A stretch of DNA of 32,000 nucleotides from Methanothermobacter marburgensis str. Marburg (GTDB lineage: Archaea; Methanobacteriota; Methanobacteria; Methanobacteriales; Methanothermobacteraceae). The notes under the pieces were generated by a model. It made no database searches. It was not told the origin of the DNA and saw only the letters and a program-made list of their open reading frames with translations. The number at the start of each line of letters is the position of its first letter. The stretch's first letter is position 1. The translations under genes and the position numbers were made by a program. The stretch is taken from contig NC_014408.1 in the NCBI RefSeq assembly GCF_000145295.1, forward strand, positions 570,001 to 602,000. The letters are read 5' to 3'. Positions 24,620 through 32,000 of the stretch are shown piece by piece.

Positions 24620-24639
24620 AACACTCCTCCTGTATCAGA

Positions 24640-25650
24640 TCAGCACACCCTTGGAACAGGATCAGCAACAGGGGCCTCAAGTATCCTCCTGCCTCCAAGG
24701 CTTGTTTCAAGGATCACATGACTGTCCTGATTCGCTTCACCTATTATCCTCGCGTTTTCACCGTATGGTGCCTTCCGGACGGCTCTGAGGACATCCTCAG
24801 CGTATTCAGGGTCGACACCCATGATGACCTTGCCCTCATTGGCAACCTCATAGGGGTCGATGCCAAGCATCTCAGAGACAGCCCTCACCTCCTCCCTTAC
24901 AGGGATCATGTCCTCATCAACAACCATCCCGACCCCTGATTTATCTGCGAGTTCGTTGAGGGCATTTGCTATACCACCCCTTGTGGGGTCCTTCATTGCG
25001 GTAACACCACCAACCTCAAGGGCAGCCTCAACCATACCCCATACCGGGGCAACATCCGATTCAAGGTCGGTGTCGAATCCAAAACCCTCACGGAAGGCCA
25101 TGAGTGCCATACCATGGTCCCCCACGCTGCCTGTGAGTATGATCTTATCACCGGGCCTCAGTCCTGAGTCCCTTATTATCTCACCACGCTTCACAACACC
25201 TATACCCGTGGTTGTTATGACCATCCTGTCCAGTTTACCCCTCTCCATGACCTTGGTGTCCCCGGTTACGATTGACACCCCGGTCTCCCTGGAGACAGCG
25301 TCCATTGACTGCACGATCCTCTCAAGATCCTCGCCAGGGAACCCCTCGCTGAGGATCATTGCACTTGCAATTGCAAGGGGCCTTGCACCCATAACCGATA
25401 TGTCGTTGACTGTACCTGCAACCGATATCTTACCTATGTCACCGCCGGGGAAGAAGAGGGGGTCGACTGTGTGGCCATCGGTACTCATAACTATTTCATA
25501 GTCGCCGAGGGGTATGCTTGCACCGTCGTCAAGGTCCTCGAGGCCAACTCCGCCGTTAACCCTCGTGTTATGGATATTGGATAGTATTATGTTTGATATG
25601 AGGTCCTGCATCACTTCTCCGCCTGCACCATGGGACATGCCGATCTTCAT
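24640..25650 (-). CDS. hypE: hydrogenase maturation protein HypE
   Basis: AIR-synthase-like fold motifs are present: SHGAGG near the N-terminus, DPLFFPGGDIGK and GDHG. The diagnostic C-terminal ..PRVC matches the HypE PR(I/V)C tail. Confidence 0.93.
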   Translation of the reverse strand: MKIGMSHGAGGEVMQDLISNIILSNIHNTRVNGGVGLEDLDDGASIPLGDYEIVMSTDGHTVDPLFFPGGDIGKISVAGTVNDISVMGARPLAIASAMILSEGFPGEDLERIVQSMDAVSRETGVSIVTGDTKVMERGKLDRMVITTTGIGVVKRGEIIRDSGLRPGDKIILTGSVGDHGMALMAFREGFGFDTDLESDVAPVWGMVEAALEVGGVTAMKDPTRGGIANALNELADKSGVGMVVDEDMIPVREEVRAVSEMLGIDPYEVANEGKVIMGVDPEYAEDVLRAVRKAPYGENARIIGEANQDSHVILETSLGGRRILEAPVADPVPRVC

Positions 25651-25847
25651 AGATTCACCTGTACAATCTCTTGATTATAGGGTATCTTGCTGATGGTATA
25701 AAACCTTTCATTGGTGTAATCCCATATTGATTCAGGGAAGAGGTTTCCATCAGGACAATATTTTATTTAAAGGAGTTAGGATAGATGGATTCAGTGATCC
25801 ATAGCATACCCTGGAAGCACAATCTTTTTAAATGGGGGATCCTATAC

Positions 25848-25867
25848 TATAGATAAATTTATCTATA
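25848..25867 (+). promoter_or_regulatory. 20-bp perfect palindrome TATAGATAAATTTATCTATA upstream of rps8e (TATA-like and/or operator)
   Basis: The palindrome is perfect (TATAGATAAA is the reverse complement of TTTATCTATA). It lies 68-87 nt upstream of the rps8e ATG. A second TATA-like CTTTTTAAAT lies at 25824-25833. Confidence 0.4.
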
Positions 25868-25875
25868 CCGAGTCA

Positions 25876-25894
25876 CTGAGTTTCTTAAACTCAG
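25876..25894 (+). promoter_or_regulatory. perfect 8-bp stem / 3-nt loop hairpin in the rps8e leader region
   Basis: CTGAGTTT-CTT-AAACTCAG, located 41-59 nt upstream of the ATG. Confidence 0.4.
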
Positions 25895-25934
25895 CATTAC
25901 TGATTCTGATAGAGACTTAGATTGAGGTGAAATA

Positions 25935-26318
25935 ATGGCAATCTGGCAAGGTAAATCAATGAAGAAACCAAGCGGTGGAAGAGCCAAGATGAACCGCGGA
26001 AAGAGGAAATACGAACTTGGAAGGGAACCCGCCGAGACAAAGATCGGTGACAGGCGTGTCAGGATGATAAGGACACGTGGGGGCAACACAAAGGTCAGGC
26101 TCGCTGCAGATACCAAGATAAACGTTGTTGACCCTGAAACAGGTAAGGTTGAAGTTGCAGAGATAAGGAATGTTGTTGAGAACACAGCAAACCCCCACTT
26201 TGTGAGGAGGAACATCATAACAAAGGGTGCTGTTGTTGAAACCAGCCTTGGAAACGTGAGGGTCACATCCAGGCCTGGACAGGACGGCGTAATAAACGGC
26301 GTACTTATAAAGGAATAG
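25935..26318 (+). CDS. rps8e: 30S ribosomal protein S8e
   Basis: ATG after GAGGTGA. The N-terminal WQGKS.KKPSGG, then RTRGGN.K.R, then the C-terminal [13 protein letters not shown] are present. Confidence 0.95.
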   Translation: MAIWQGKSMKKPSGGRAKMNRGKRKYELGREPAETKIGDRRVRMIRTRGGNTKVRLAADTKINVVDPETGKVEVAEIRNVVENTANPHFVRRNIITKGAVVETSLGNVRVTSRPGQDGVINGVLIKE

Positions 26319-26349
26319 ATTTTCCGCTAAAAGCCCCTCAACCGGACCC

Positions 26350-27027
26350 ATGGGGTGTCATATGTCAGATAACCTTGAGGCCGAGATACTATCCCAGGTG
26401 GAAAGGTTCCTCAAACACATAAACAGCAACCTGCCTGAGGGCATGGAGCTGGAATTTGAGGGCTTTTACAGGAGGGGCTTCTTCGTAACAAAAAAGAGAT
26501 ACGCCCTAATAGAGGATGACACGATTGTTGCAAAGGGCCTTGAACTTGTGAGGCGTGACTGGGCACCGATAGCTAAAAAGACCCAGCAAAAAGTTTTAAT
26601 GGCCATTCTAAGAGACGGATCCCCTGAGAAGGCTAGAAAGATAATAAGGGATGTTGTAAGGCGCATAAGGGGCGGCGAAGTGGAACTGGATGACCTTGCA
26701 ATCCACACCCAGATAACAAGGGACCTCTCTGAGTACAAACAGATAGGCCCACATGTCATCGCCGCAAAACGATCCCTTGAGAAGGGAAGGCGCATTGAGC
26801 GGGGATCCATAATCAGGTATATCATAGTTAAGGGAAGGGGCCCCATAAGTCAGAGGGCCTTCCCACTTGAGGATGTTGAGGGCCTGGAGTACGACCCGGA
26901 CTATTACATTGAAAACCAGGTTATGGCCGCGGTATCAAGAATAATGTCATCTCTCGGCTACTCCACAGAGGATATAAATTCACTCTCATGTGGCGAAAGG
27001 CAGAGCAGCCTCGATGCCTTTTTCTAG
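26350..27027 (+). CDS. polB: family-B DNA polymerase, separately encoded C-terminal (thumb) subunit
   Basis: [51 protein letters not shown]...GPHVIAAKR...YYIENQV aligns by eye with the part of archaeal PolB just after the YxDTD motif. No exonuclease or palm region precedes it. The start is ATG 26350 or 26362. Confidence 0.9.
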   Translation: MGCHMSDNLEAEILSQVERFLKHINSNLPEGMELEFEGFYRRGFFVTKKRYALIEDDTIVAKGLELVRRDWAPIAKKTQQKVLMAILRDGSPEKARKIIRDVVRRIRGGEVELDDLAIHTQITRDLSEYKQIGPHVIAAKRSLEKGRRIERGSIIRYIIVKGRGPISQRAFPLEDVEGLEYDPDYYIENQVMAAVSRIMSSLGYSTEDINSLSCGERQSSLDAFF

Positions 27028-27206
27028 AAAACAGGAACTTTATTTTTTCATCTGAGATTTCTATTGTATGTTCTGGACCTCCGCTCAGGGGTTATAGGCA
27101 GAATAGTTTTACATATTATTTTACATCATAATATTATCTGCAGAGAAACCAACACTGTTATAATTGATTAACTATAGAGTTTCATTACAGAGAGTAAGGT
27201 GGGAAG

Positions 27207-27887
27207 ATGCTGAAGGCGGTTTTCTTTGATATTGATGACACCCTCTATGACACATCAGGATTTGCCAAACTTGCAAGAAAGGCTGCCCTGAATGTGATGA
27301 TAGATGCGGGTTTACCCCTGACACAGGATGAGGCATACAAACTTCTGAGGGAGATAATCGCTGAGAAGGGCTCCAACTATGATAAACATTTCAATGTACT
27401 CACAAAGACGGTTTTCGGTGAGGAAAAACCCCTTCTCATTGCCCTTGGAATGATAACATACCACAACGTTAAGTTCGCACTTCTCCGGCCATTTCCCAAT
27501 ACAACATCAACGCTCATACACCTCAAGAGCAGGGGATACAGGCTGGGGGTCATATCCAACGGTATAACAATAAAGCAGTGGGAGAAACTGATAAGGCTCG
27601 GGATACACCACTTCTTCGATGAGGTCGTCACATCAGATGAGGTTGGCTTTGAGAAACCAAACATAAGGATCTTTGAGGAGGCCCTCAGAAGGATGGGCTG
27701 CAAACCTGAAAGGTCCATCATGGTTGGCAACAAGTTCAATGAGGACATACTGGGGGCAACCAATGCGGGAATGTCAGCCATACTCGTCAACTCAGAGCTT
27801 ACAGATGAAGAGAGGGATCTCATTGAAAAGAGGGGCCTTGATGTTACGGTCATCGATGACATTAGCGAACTTAAGGAGATTCTCTAG
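27207..27887 (+). CDS. HAD-superfamily hydrolase (subfamily IA-like)
   Basis: FFDIDDTLYD (motif I, DxD), ISNG (motif II), and K....MVGNK..EDILGA..AGM (motifs III/IV). Confidence 0.85.
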   Translation: MLKAVFFDIDDTLYDTSGFAKLARKAALNVMIDAGLPLTQDEAYKLLREIIAEKGSNYDKHFNVLTKTVFGEEKPLLIALGMITYHNVKFALLRPFPNTTSTLIHLKSRGYRLGVISNGITIKQWEKLIRLGIHHFFDEVVTSDEVGFEKPNIRIFEEALRRMGCKPERSIMVGNKFNEDILGATNAGMSAILVNSELTDEERDLIEKRGLDVTVIDDISELKEIL

Positions 27888-27906
27888 TTAGGATCTCCAC
27901 GTTTTT
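27875..27906 (+). terminator. hairpin (GGAGAT..ATCTCC) spanning the HAD stop codon, followed by T5
   Basis: A 6-bp stem (27875-27880 with 27893-27898) and a 12-nt loop, then GTTTTTC at 27901-27907. Confidence 0.4.
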
Positions 27907-27945
27907 CTGGGGGGGATGGACATGATTTCATGGATAGGGGGATGA

Positions 27946-29511
27946 GTGATGAACTGTGATTACTACTACCACGATGAAAACATGGTTGAACTCTTTGAGG
28001 AGCTGAAACAGCCAAAGACACTTGAGGAACTGGGTTTATCCTACTTCTTTGTGAGGGACCTTGTCCTGAAGATCCTTTTAACATACGGGACGGTTAAAAC
28101 CCAGCGAATAACTGATATTACGGGTATACACCTGGATATACTTGAGGATGTCCTTGGCCAGATGGAGAAGGACGGTTTCTGCGTCCAGGTGGGGGGAAGC
28201 TTCCTCTTCTCCAGTGTTGAGTATATACTGACAAAGAGGGGGGTTGAGAAGGCCCGCCTTGTAATGGAGGAAAACCCTTATATTGGAATGGCCCCTGTAC
28301 CCTATGAGAGATACTTTGAACTGATGGATAAACAGCTCCGGAACCGTTTCCCAATAAAGATACCCCCAGAGGTTATTGAAAGGGCCTTCAGGGACGTTGT
28401 CGGACTATCATATGCAAAGGAATGCCTTGTTGAGTCATGCACCATCGGTAAGGGACTTTTTGTTTATGGTGCTCCTGGAACAGGTAAAACCTTCATCATA
28501 AGCAAGGCATCGGACCTTCTACCCCCCGTGGTGATTCCCCGCTTTATAGAGTTCAGCGGGAGGATTATACAGATATACGACCCTGACTTCCACAAGCCAT
28601 GTCCTGAGGAACCTGATGATCCCCGCTGGATAAAGATACACGCCCCATTCGTTTTCACAGGTTCTGAATTGAGCCTCAATGAACTTGAGACCACCTACAA
28701 TATGAATAAGGGTGTATATGAGACCTCCCCCCTGATAAAGGCCAATGGTGGAGTGCTGCTCATTGACGACCTTGGAAGGCAGAGGGATGACCATGAGGTG
28801 ATCCTCAACCGCCTCATAGTACCCCTTGAGAATAAGAAGGACGTCATATACATAAGGGGGGTCCCGGTTATATTCCACACACATTTCATCCCTGCATTCT
28901 CAACCAACCTTGATGTGAGCATAATGGACGAGGCACACCTCCGGAGGGCGCCCCTCCACATATTCCTCAGAAACCCCCCTGTTGAGAATGTTGCGGAGGT
29001 ATTCAGGCGCAACCTTGATGCCACAGGTGAGGATTACGATGAAGAGGTCGTGGAAAGGATTAAGATGGTGTACACTCCAGTCGCCGATGGCGGCGAGGGC
29101 CTGCAGCCAAGCTATGCGCATGCCCGTGACCTTGCACAGATTGCCCAGGCAGTGAGGATAAACATGGAAAAGGATAGGATCGACCTTGAGGTCATTGAAA
29201 GGGCCCTTGATAAGCATGTCCTCATAGCACTCCAGAGGATGGATATCGATATCAGTCAGGTGCATCACAGTGTAAGGACATTCCGTGTTGTGACCCCTGA
29301 ACCCGAGAGTGCCGAGAGGGTTCTTAAACTCTACGGCGCCCTCACGGTTGCACTGGAGGATGGGGGTGTTCTAGCAGACTTTGAGGACTCAATAAGCCCT
29401 TCACAGCTTCTGGCCCATCTCCAGGGTGAGGGTGTTTCTGTGGGAAGGGTTGAGGTGGTGGCTGAAACCAAACGTGAAATCAAGAAGGCCATACTTGAAT
29501 ACAGTGGATGA
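27946..29511 (+). CDS. AAA+ ATPase with N-terminal winged-helix-like domain and extra C-terminal domain
   Basis: Walker A GAPGTGKT (28468-28491), Walker B GGVLLIDDLGRQ and sensor-1-like FSTN. The N-terminal ~110 aa (LGLSYFFVRDLVLKILLTYGTVKTQRITDITGIHLDILEDVLGQMEKDGF) look like a wHTH. The start is GTG 27946 or ATG 27949, after GGGGG. Confidence 0.8.
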   Translation: MMNCDYYYHDENMVELFEELKQPKTLEELGLSYFFVRDLVLKILLTYGTVKTQRITDITGIHLDILEDVLGQMEKDGFCVQVGGSFLFSSVEYILTKRGVEKARLVMEENPYIGMAPVPYERYFELMDKQLRNRFPIKIPPEVIERAFRDVVGLSYAKECLVESCTIGKGLFVYGAPGTGKTFIISKASDLLPPVVIPRFIEFSGRIIQIYDPDFHKPCPEEPDDPRWIKIHAPFVFTGSELSLNELETTYNMNKGVYETSPLIKANGGVLLIDDLGRQRDDHEVILNRLIVPLENKKDVIYIRGVPVIFHTHFIPAFSTNLDVSIMDEAHLRRAPLHIFLRNPPVENVAEVFRRNLDATGEDYDEEVVERIKMVYTPVADGGEGLQPSYAHARDLAQIAQAVRINMEKDRIDLEVIERALDKHVLIALQRMDIDISQVHHSVRTFRVVTPEPESAERVLKLYGALTVALEDGGVLADFEDSISPSQLLAHLQGEGVSVGRVEVVAETKREIKKAILEYSG

Positions 29512-30323
29512 TATTTATGGAGGCACTCCTCGTTGATGTGCTGGTCGCTGCACTTGTATCCCTTGGTGTCTGGACAGTACTTGAGATCTTACCTACCCTA
29601 TTTCCCAGGGAGACTGGGAGACTTGCAGCACGCATCAGGCCACTCCCATCCGGTGCAGTTGAGATATCCCAGTACCTCAACCTCCTCAGAAGGGGAAGCC
29701 CATGGCAGGTCTTCATGGCCCTTGAGGTTATAGGGGAGCTCTTCAGGATTAAGATCCGGGAACTTGAGTCCCTGAAGTACGAGGAATGGAAGAGGGAGGT
29801 TGAATCCCAGAAGGAACGGATGGAGAGGAGGGGGCTCAGTGACGATGAGATACTCCACCTTGAGGCTGGAAGGGAGATGATCCAGAACTCCAATAACCTG
29901 AATCTTAAATCAGGGGGTGGTCTTTATTCCAGCCCTGAAGAGGAGGAGTTCATAAGGATCAGAAATCATAAGAAGGACCTGTTACCTGACTTGAGGGATA
30001 AGTATTCTGATTTCAGGATATGGGCACTGAAGAACAGGGACATCCTCAGGTATGTCCAGGAGAGGGTCTTCAGAAGGGAGGAACTTGACCTTGAAAACCT
30101 GAGGGACCACAGCAGGGAATGGGCCCTTGTGAATATATGGGGGATGGAGCCACCTGAGAGTTATTCTGAGGATGAAATCCTTGAGGATATTCTCCTGTAT
30201 ATTGAAATAAAGGATGATAACATTATCAGTAAATTCGCCCATGCTCTGAGCAGTCACAGCGACTCCCTGAGGTACCTCGATAAGGTTATATCCGCTGTTT
30301 CAGCCTGGAAACGGGGAGGGTAG
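29508..30323 (+). CDS. hypothetical protein, N-terminal TM helix plus charged helical region
   Basis: ATGA 4-nt overlap with the AAA+ gene. The N-terminal LLVDVLVAALVSLGVWTVLEIL is hydrophobic. The rest is highly charged (E/R/K-rich). No family recognised. Confidence 0.65.
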   Translation: MIFMEALLVDVLVAALVSLGVWTVLEILPTLFPRETGRLAARIRPLPSGAVEISQYLNLLRRGSPWQVFMALEVIGELFRIKIRELESLKYEEWKREVESQKERMERRGLSDDEILHLEAGREMIQNSNNLNLKSGGGLYSSPEEEEFIRIRNHKKDLLPDLRDKYSDFRIWALKNRDILRYVQERVFRREELDLENLRDHSREWALVNIWGMEPPESYSEDEILEDILLYIEIKDDNIISKFAHALSSHSDSLRYLDKVISAVSAWKRGG

Positions 30324-30336
30324 CACCTGAAGATCA

Positions 30337-31110
30337 TTAAACCTCTATCTCAAGTCCTACTGGGCAGTGGTCTGAGCCCATCACCTCTGAGAGTATCCAT
30401 GACCTTTTAACGTTCTTTGCGAACTCCTCATTCACAAAGAAGTAGTCGAGCCTCCATCCCACGTTTCTCTCACGGGCCCTGGTCCTGTAACTCCACCATG
30501 TGTACTGGCCTGACTCGTTGTTGAACATCCTGAATGTGTCAACATACCCGTTTTCAATGAATTTGTCTATCCAGGCCCTTTCAACCGGTAGAAACCCTGA
30601 TACGTTGCTGTTTTCCTTTGGCCTGGCCAGGTCTATCTCCCTGTGGGCGGTGTTGAAGTCACCGCATATTACCGTGTTCCTGCCAGCGTCCCGCTCCCTG
30701 TTGACGTCCTCAAGGAATGCGTCATAGAATTCAAGTTTGTACTTTAACCTCTCATCTGACATCTTCCCGTTGGGGAAGTATATGTTGTAGAGCAGGAAGT
30801 CATCAAAATCTGCAACCTGTATGCGGCCCTCAATGTCGAATCTCTCAACACCAAAGCCCTCCCTGATGGATTTCGGGGGTATCCTTGTGTACATGGCCAC
30901 TCCACTGTATCCCTTCCTTTCTGCCGGGGTGAAGAAACTCCTGTAACCCTCAACATGCCTTAGCCTTCTGGGGAGCTGTTCTGGACTCGCCTTGGTCTCC
31001 TGAAGACATAGGATATCAGGTTTCTCGTCCATGAACCAGTCAAGGAAGCCCTTACGGTATACGGCCCTCAGACCGTTAACGTTCCAGGATATTATCTTGA
31101 TTTCTGCCAT
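30337..31110 (-). CDS. xth: exodeoxyribonuclease III family AP endonuclease (Mth212-like)
   Basis: [18 protein letters not shown], the motif pair NAH and D, and the C-terminal SDHCPV. This is the ExoIII/EEP fold catalytic set. Confidence 0.95.
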   Translation of the reverse strand: MAEIKIISWNVNGLRAVYRKGFLDWFMDEKPDILCLQETKASPEQLPRRLRHVEGYRSFFTPAERKGYSGVAMYTRIPPKSIREGFGVERFDIEGRIQVADFDDFLLYNIYFPNGKMSDERLKYKLEFYDAFLEDVNRERDAGRNTVICGDFNTAHREIDLARPKENSNVSGFLPVERAWIDKFIENGYVDTFRMFNNESGQYTWWSYRTRARERNVGWRLDYFFVNEEFAKNVKRSWILSEVMGSDHCPVGLEIEV

Positions 31111-31156
31111 GGTACCACGGGATTATTTCTGTACTCAGCGCCTTAAGTACTGATCA

Positions 31157-32000
31157 TCACATGATGAATGGCAGTATCCTTGCAAAGATTCCCCCCAGGA
31201 AGAGGGCGGTTCCAAGGTTTGCAAGGGTTATTATGGATGTGGATTTCCACCCGAATTCCCGTGCAAGTACTGCTATCGTTGAAAGGCAGGGGAAGTAAAG
31301 CATTCCCACAAGGGTGAGCACAAGGATCTGGGGTGCTGTAAGTACAGCCCCAATATCTGTTCCAACCAGTGAGACGAGTCCCAGGAGGATGAACTCCTTC
31401 CTCACAGCACCAAGGATCAGGAGTATCCCGGCAAATACCGGCAGATGTAACCAGCCAGCTGTGAGCGGAGCCATGATATTGCTTACCGGATTTAAAAACC
31501 CGAGGGTGTAGAGGAGCTGTATGAGGGCGCTTCCGATTATGTATATGGGGAATACAAGGTATATGAGGGACTTTGTCCTTGTCCAGGTCTGCCTTGCTAT
31601 GACCCTGAAGGACGGCATTTTGAGGGAGTGCATCTCCATTATAAGGCCGGTAGTCTCCCCGGGAAGTGCCTTCAATGCAAGTTTACCCATTATGAATATT
31701 ATGAGGAGGTCCAGGGCGTATAACCCTATGGCCCACCATACACTGACAAAGAGGGCCACAAGCCCCAGTATCAGGATTGTTCTTGCGGCGCAGGGTGCAA
31801 AAGATATTGCAAAGGCTGCAAGGAGCCTCTCCCTGGGGGTTTCAAGTATCCTCGTACTGTCTATTGCCGGTACACTGCAACCGTATCCGAGTATGAGGGG
31901 TATGAGGGCTTTGCCATGGAGTCCTATCTTTCTCATGAACGCGTCCATCATGAACGCGACCCTGGTGAGAAGTCCCGAATTTTCGATGTAGGATAGCATG
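31157..32000 (-). CDS. feoB: ferrous iron transporter FeoB, membrane domain (5' end beyond the window)
   Basis: [42 protein letters not shown] is the canonical start of the FeoB membrane (gate) region, which follows the G-domain. The G-domain is not in the window, so the Met at 31999 is probably internal. Confidence 0.88.
   Translation of the reverse strand, partial: MLSYIENSGLLTRVAFMMDAFMRKIGLHGKALIPLILGYGCSVPAIDSTRILETPRERLLAAFAISFAPCAARTILILGLVALFVSVWWAIGLYALDLLIIFIMGKLALKALPGETTGLIMEMHSLKMPSFRVIARQTWTRTKSLIYLVFPIYIIGSALIQLLYTLGFLNPVSNIMAPLTAGWLHLPVFAGILLILGAVRKEFILLGLVSLVGTDIGAVLTAPQILVLTLVGMLYFPCLSTIAVLAREFGWKSTSIITLANLGTALFLGGIFARILPFIM

Noticed and set aside
27911-27944. Short direct repeat GGGGGATGG / GGGGGATGA upstream of the AAA+ gene
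   Set aside because: It is only 8-9 nt long, purine-rich and overlaps the likely RBS. It is most simply chance plus Shine-Dalgarno sequence.
1-32000. Search for tRNA, rRNA, RNase P/7S RNA, transposases, integrases, att-like flanking repeats and toxin-antitoxin pairs
   Set aside because: There are no GC-rich cloverleaf-like segments or GGTTCGAATC-type T-loops in intergenic DNA, and no ORF with DDE or tyrosine/serine recombinase motifs. The window looks like core chromosome rather than an island.

Overview
The window looks like compact chromosomal DNA from a thermophilic methanogen of the Methanothermobacter type. This is recognised from memory of protein families (NAC, split PolB C-terminal subunit, ExoIII/Mth212-like nuclease, HypE, F420-type FrhB homolog); no search was run. 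About 35 protein genes are supported, mostly in tight operons with 1-4 nt overlaps. In order they are: tgtA (5' partial), nac, a metallophosphoesterase, an NYN RNase and a GGDD palm-domain membrane protein; a small membrane ORF with argJ and argB; a LeuB/AksF-type dehydrogenase; TPR and HEAT-repeat proteins; mdh; pdxT plus a four-gene split archaeal glutamate synthase that includes an FrhB-like subunit; two tandem MFS paralogs; a CDGSH Fe-S protein; a CbiM-like three-gene membrane cluster; a DEAD-box helicase; hypE, an RDD protein and an MTHFS-like protein; rps8e; the PolB C-terminal subunit; a HAD hydrolase; an AAA+ ATPase with a coupled membrane protein; exonuclease III; and feoB (5' partial). 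I found no rRNA, tRNA, CRISPR array, transposase or integrase. Five things are most worth a second look. (1) A perfectly identical 49-bp unit is repeated about 10 times (19722-20207). It is built from the last 13 codons, the stop codon and the T7 tract of the CDGSH gene. Two older two-copy duplications of gene 3' ends have the same design (6941-7045 and 8935-9033), so 3'-end/terminator duplication appears to recur here. (2) The translationally coupled trio of Icc/CpdA-like phosphoesterase, NYN RNase and tandem-palm GGDD protein with a C-terminal membrane anchor (1432-4418) reads like an uncharacterised nucleotide-second-messenger module. (3) The FrhB-like subunit inside the glutamate synthase operon is circularly permuted. 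(4) A CbiM-like metal-capture protein has no ECF partners and is flanked by two bitopic secreted proteins. (5) An ATGA-coupled pair of AAA+ ATPase and membrane coiled-coil protein has no obvious function. All functional calls rest on motifs read by eye, and none was verified by a database search.
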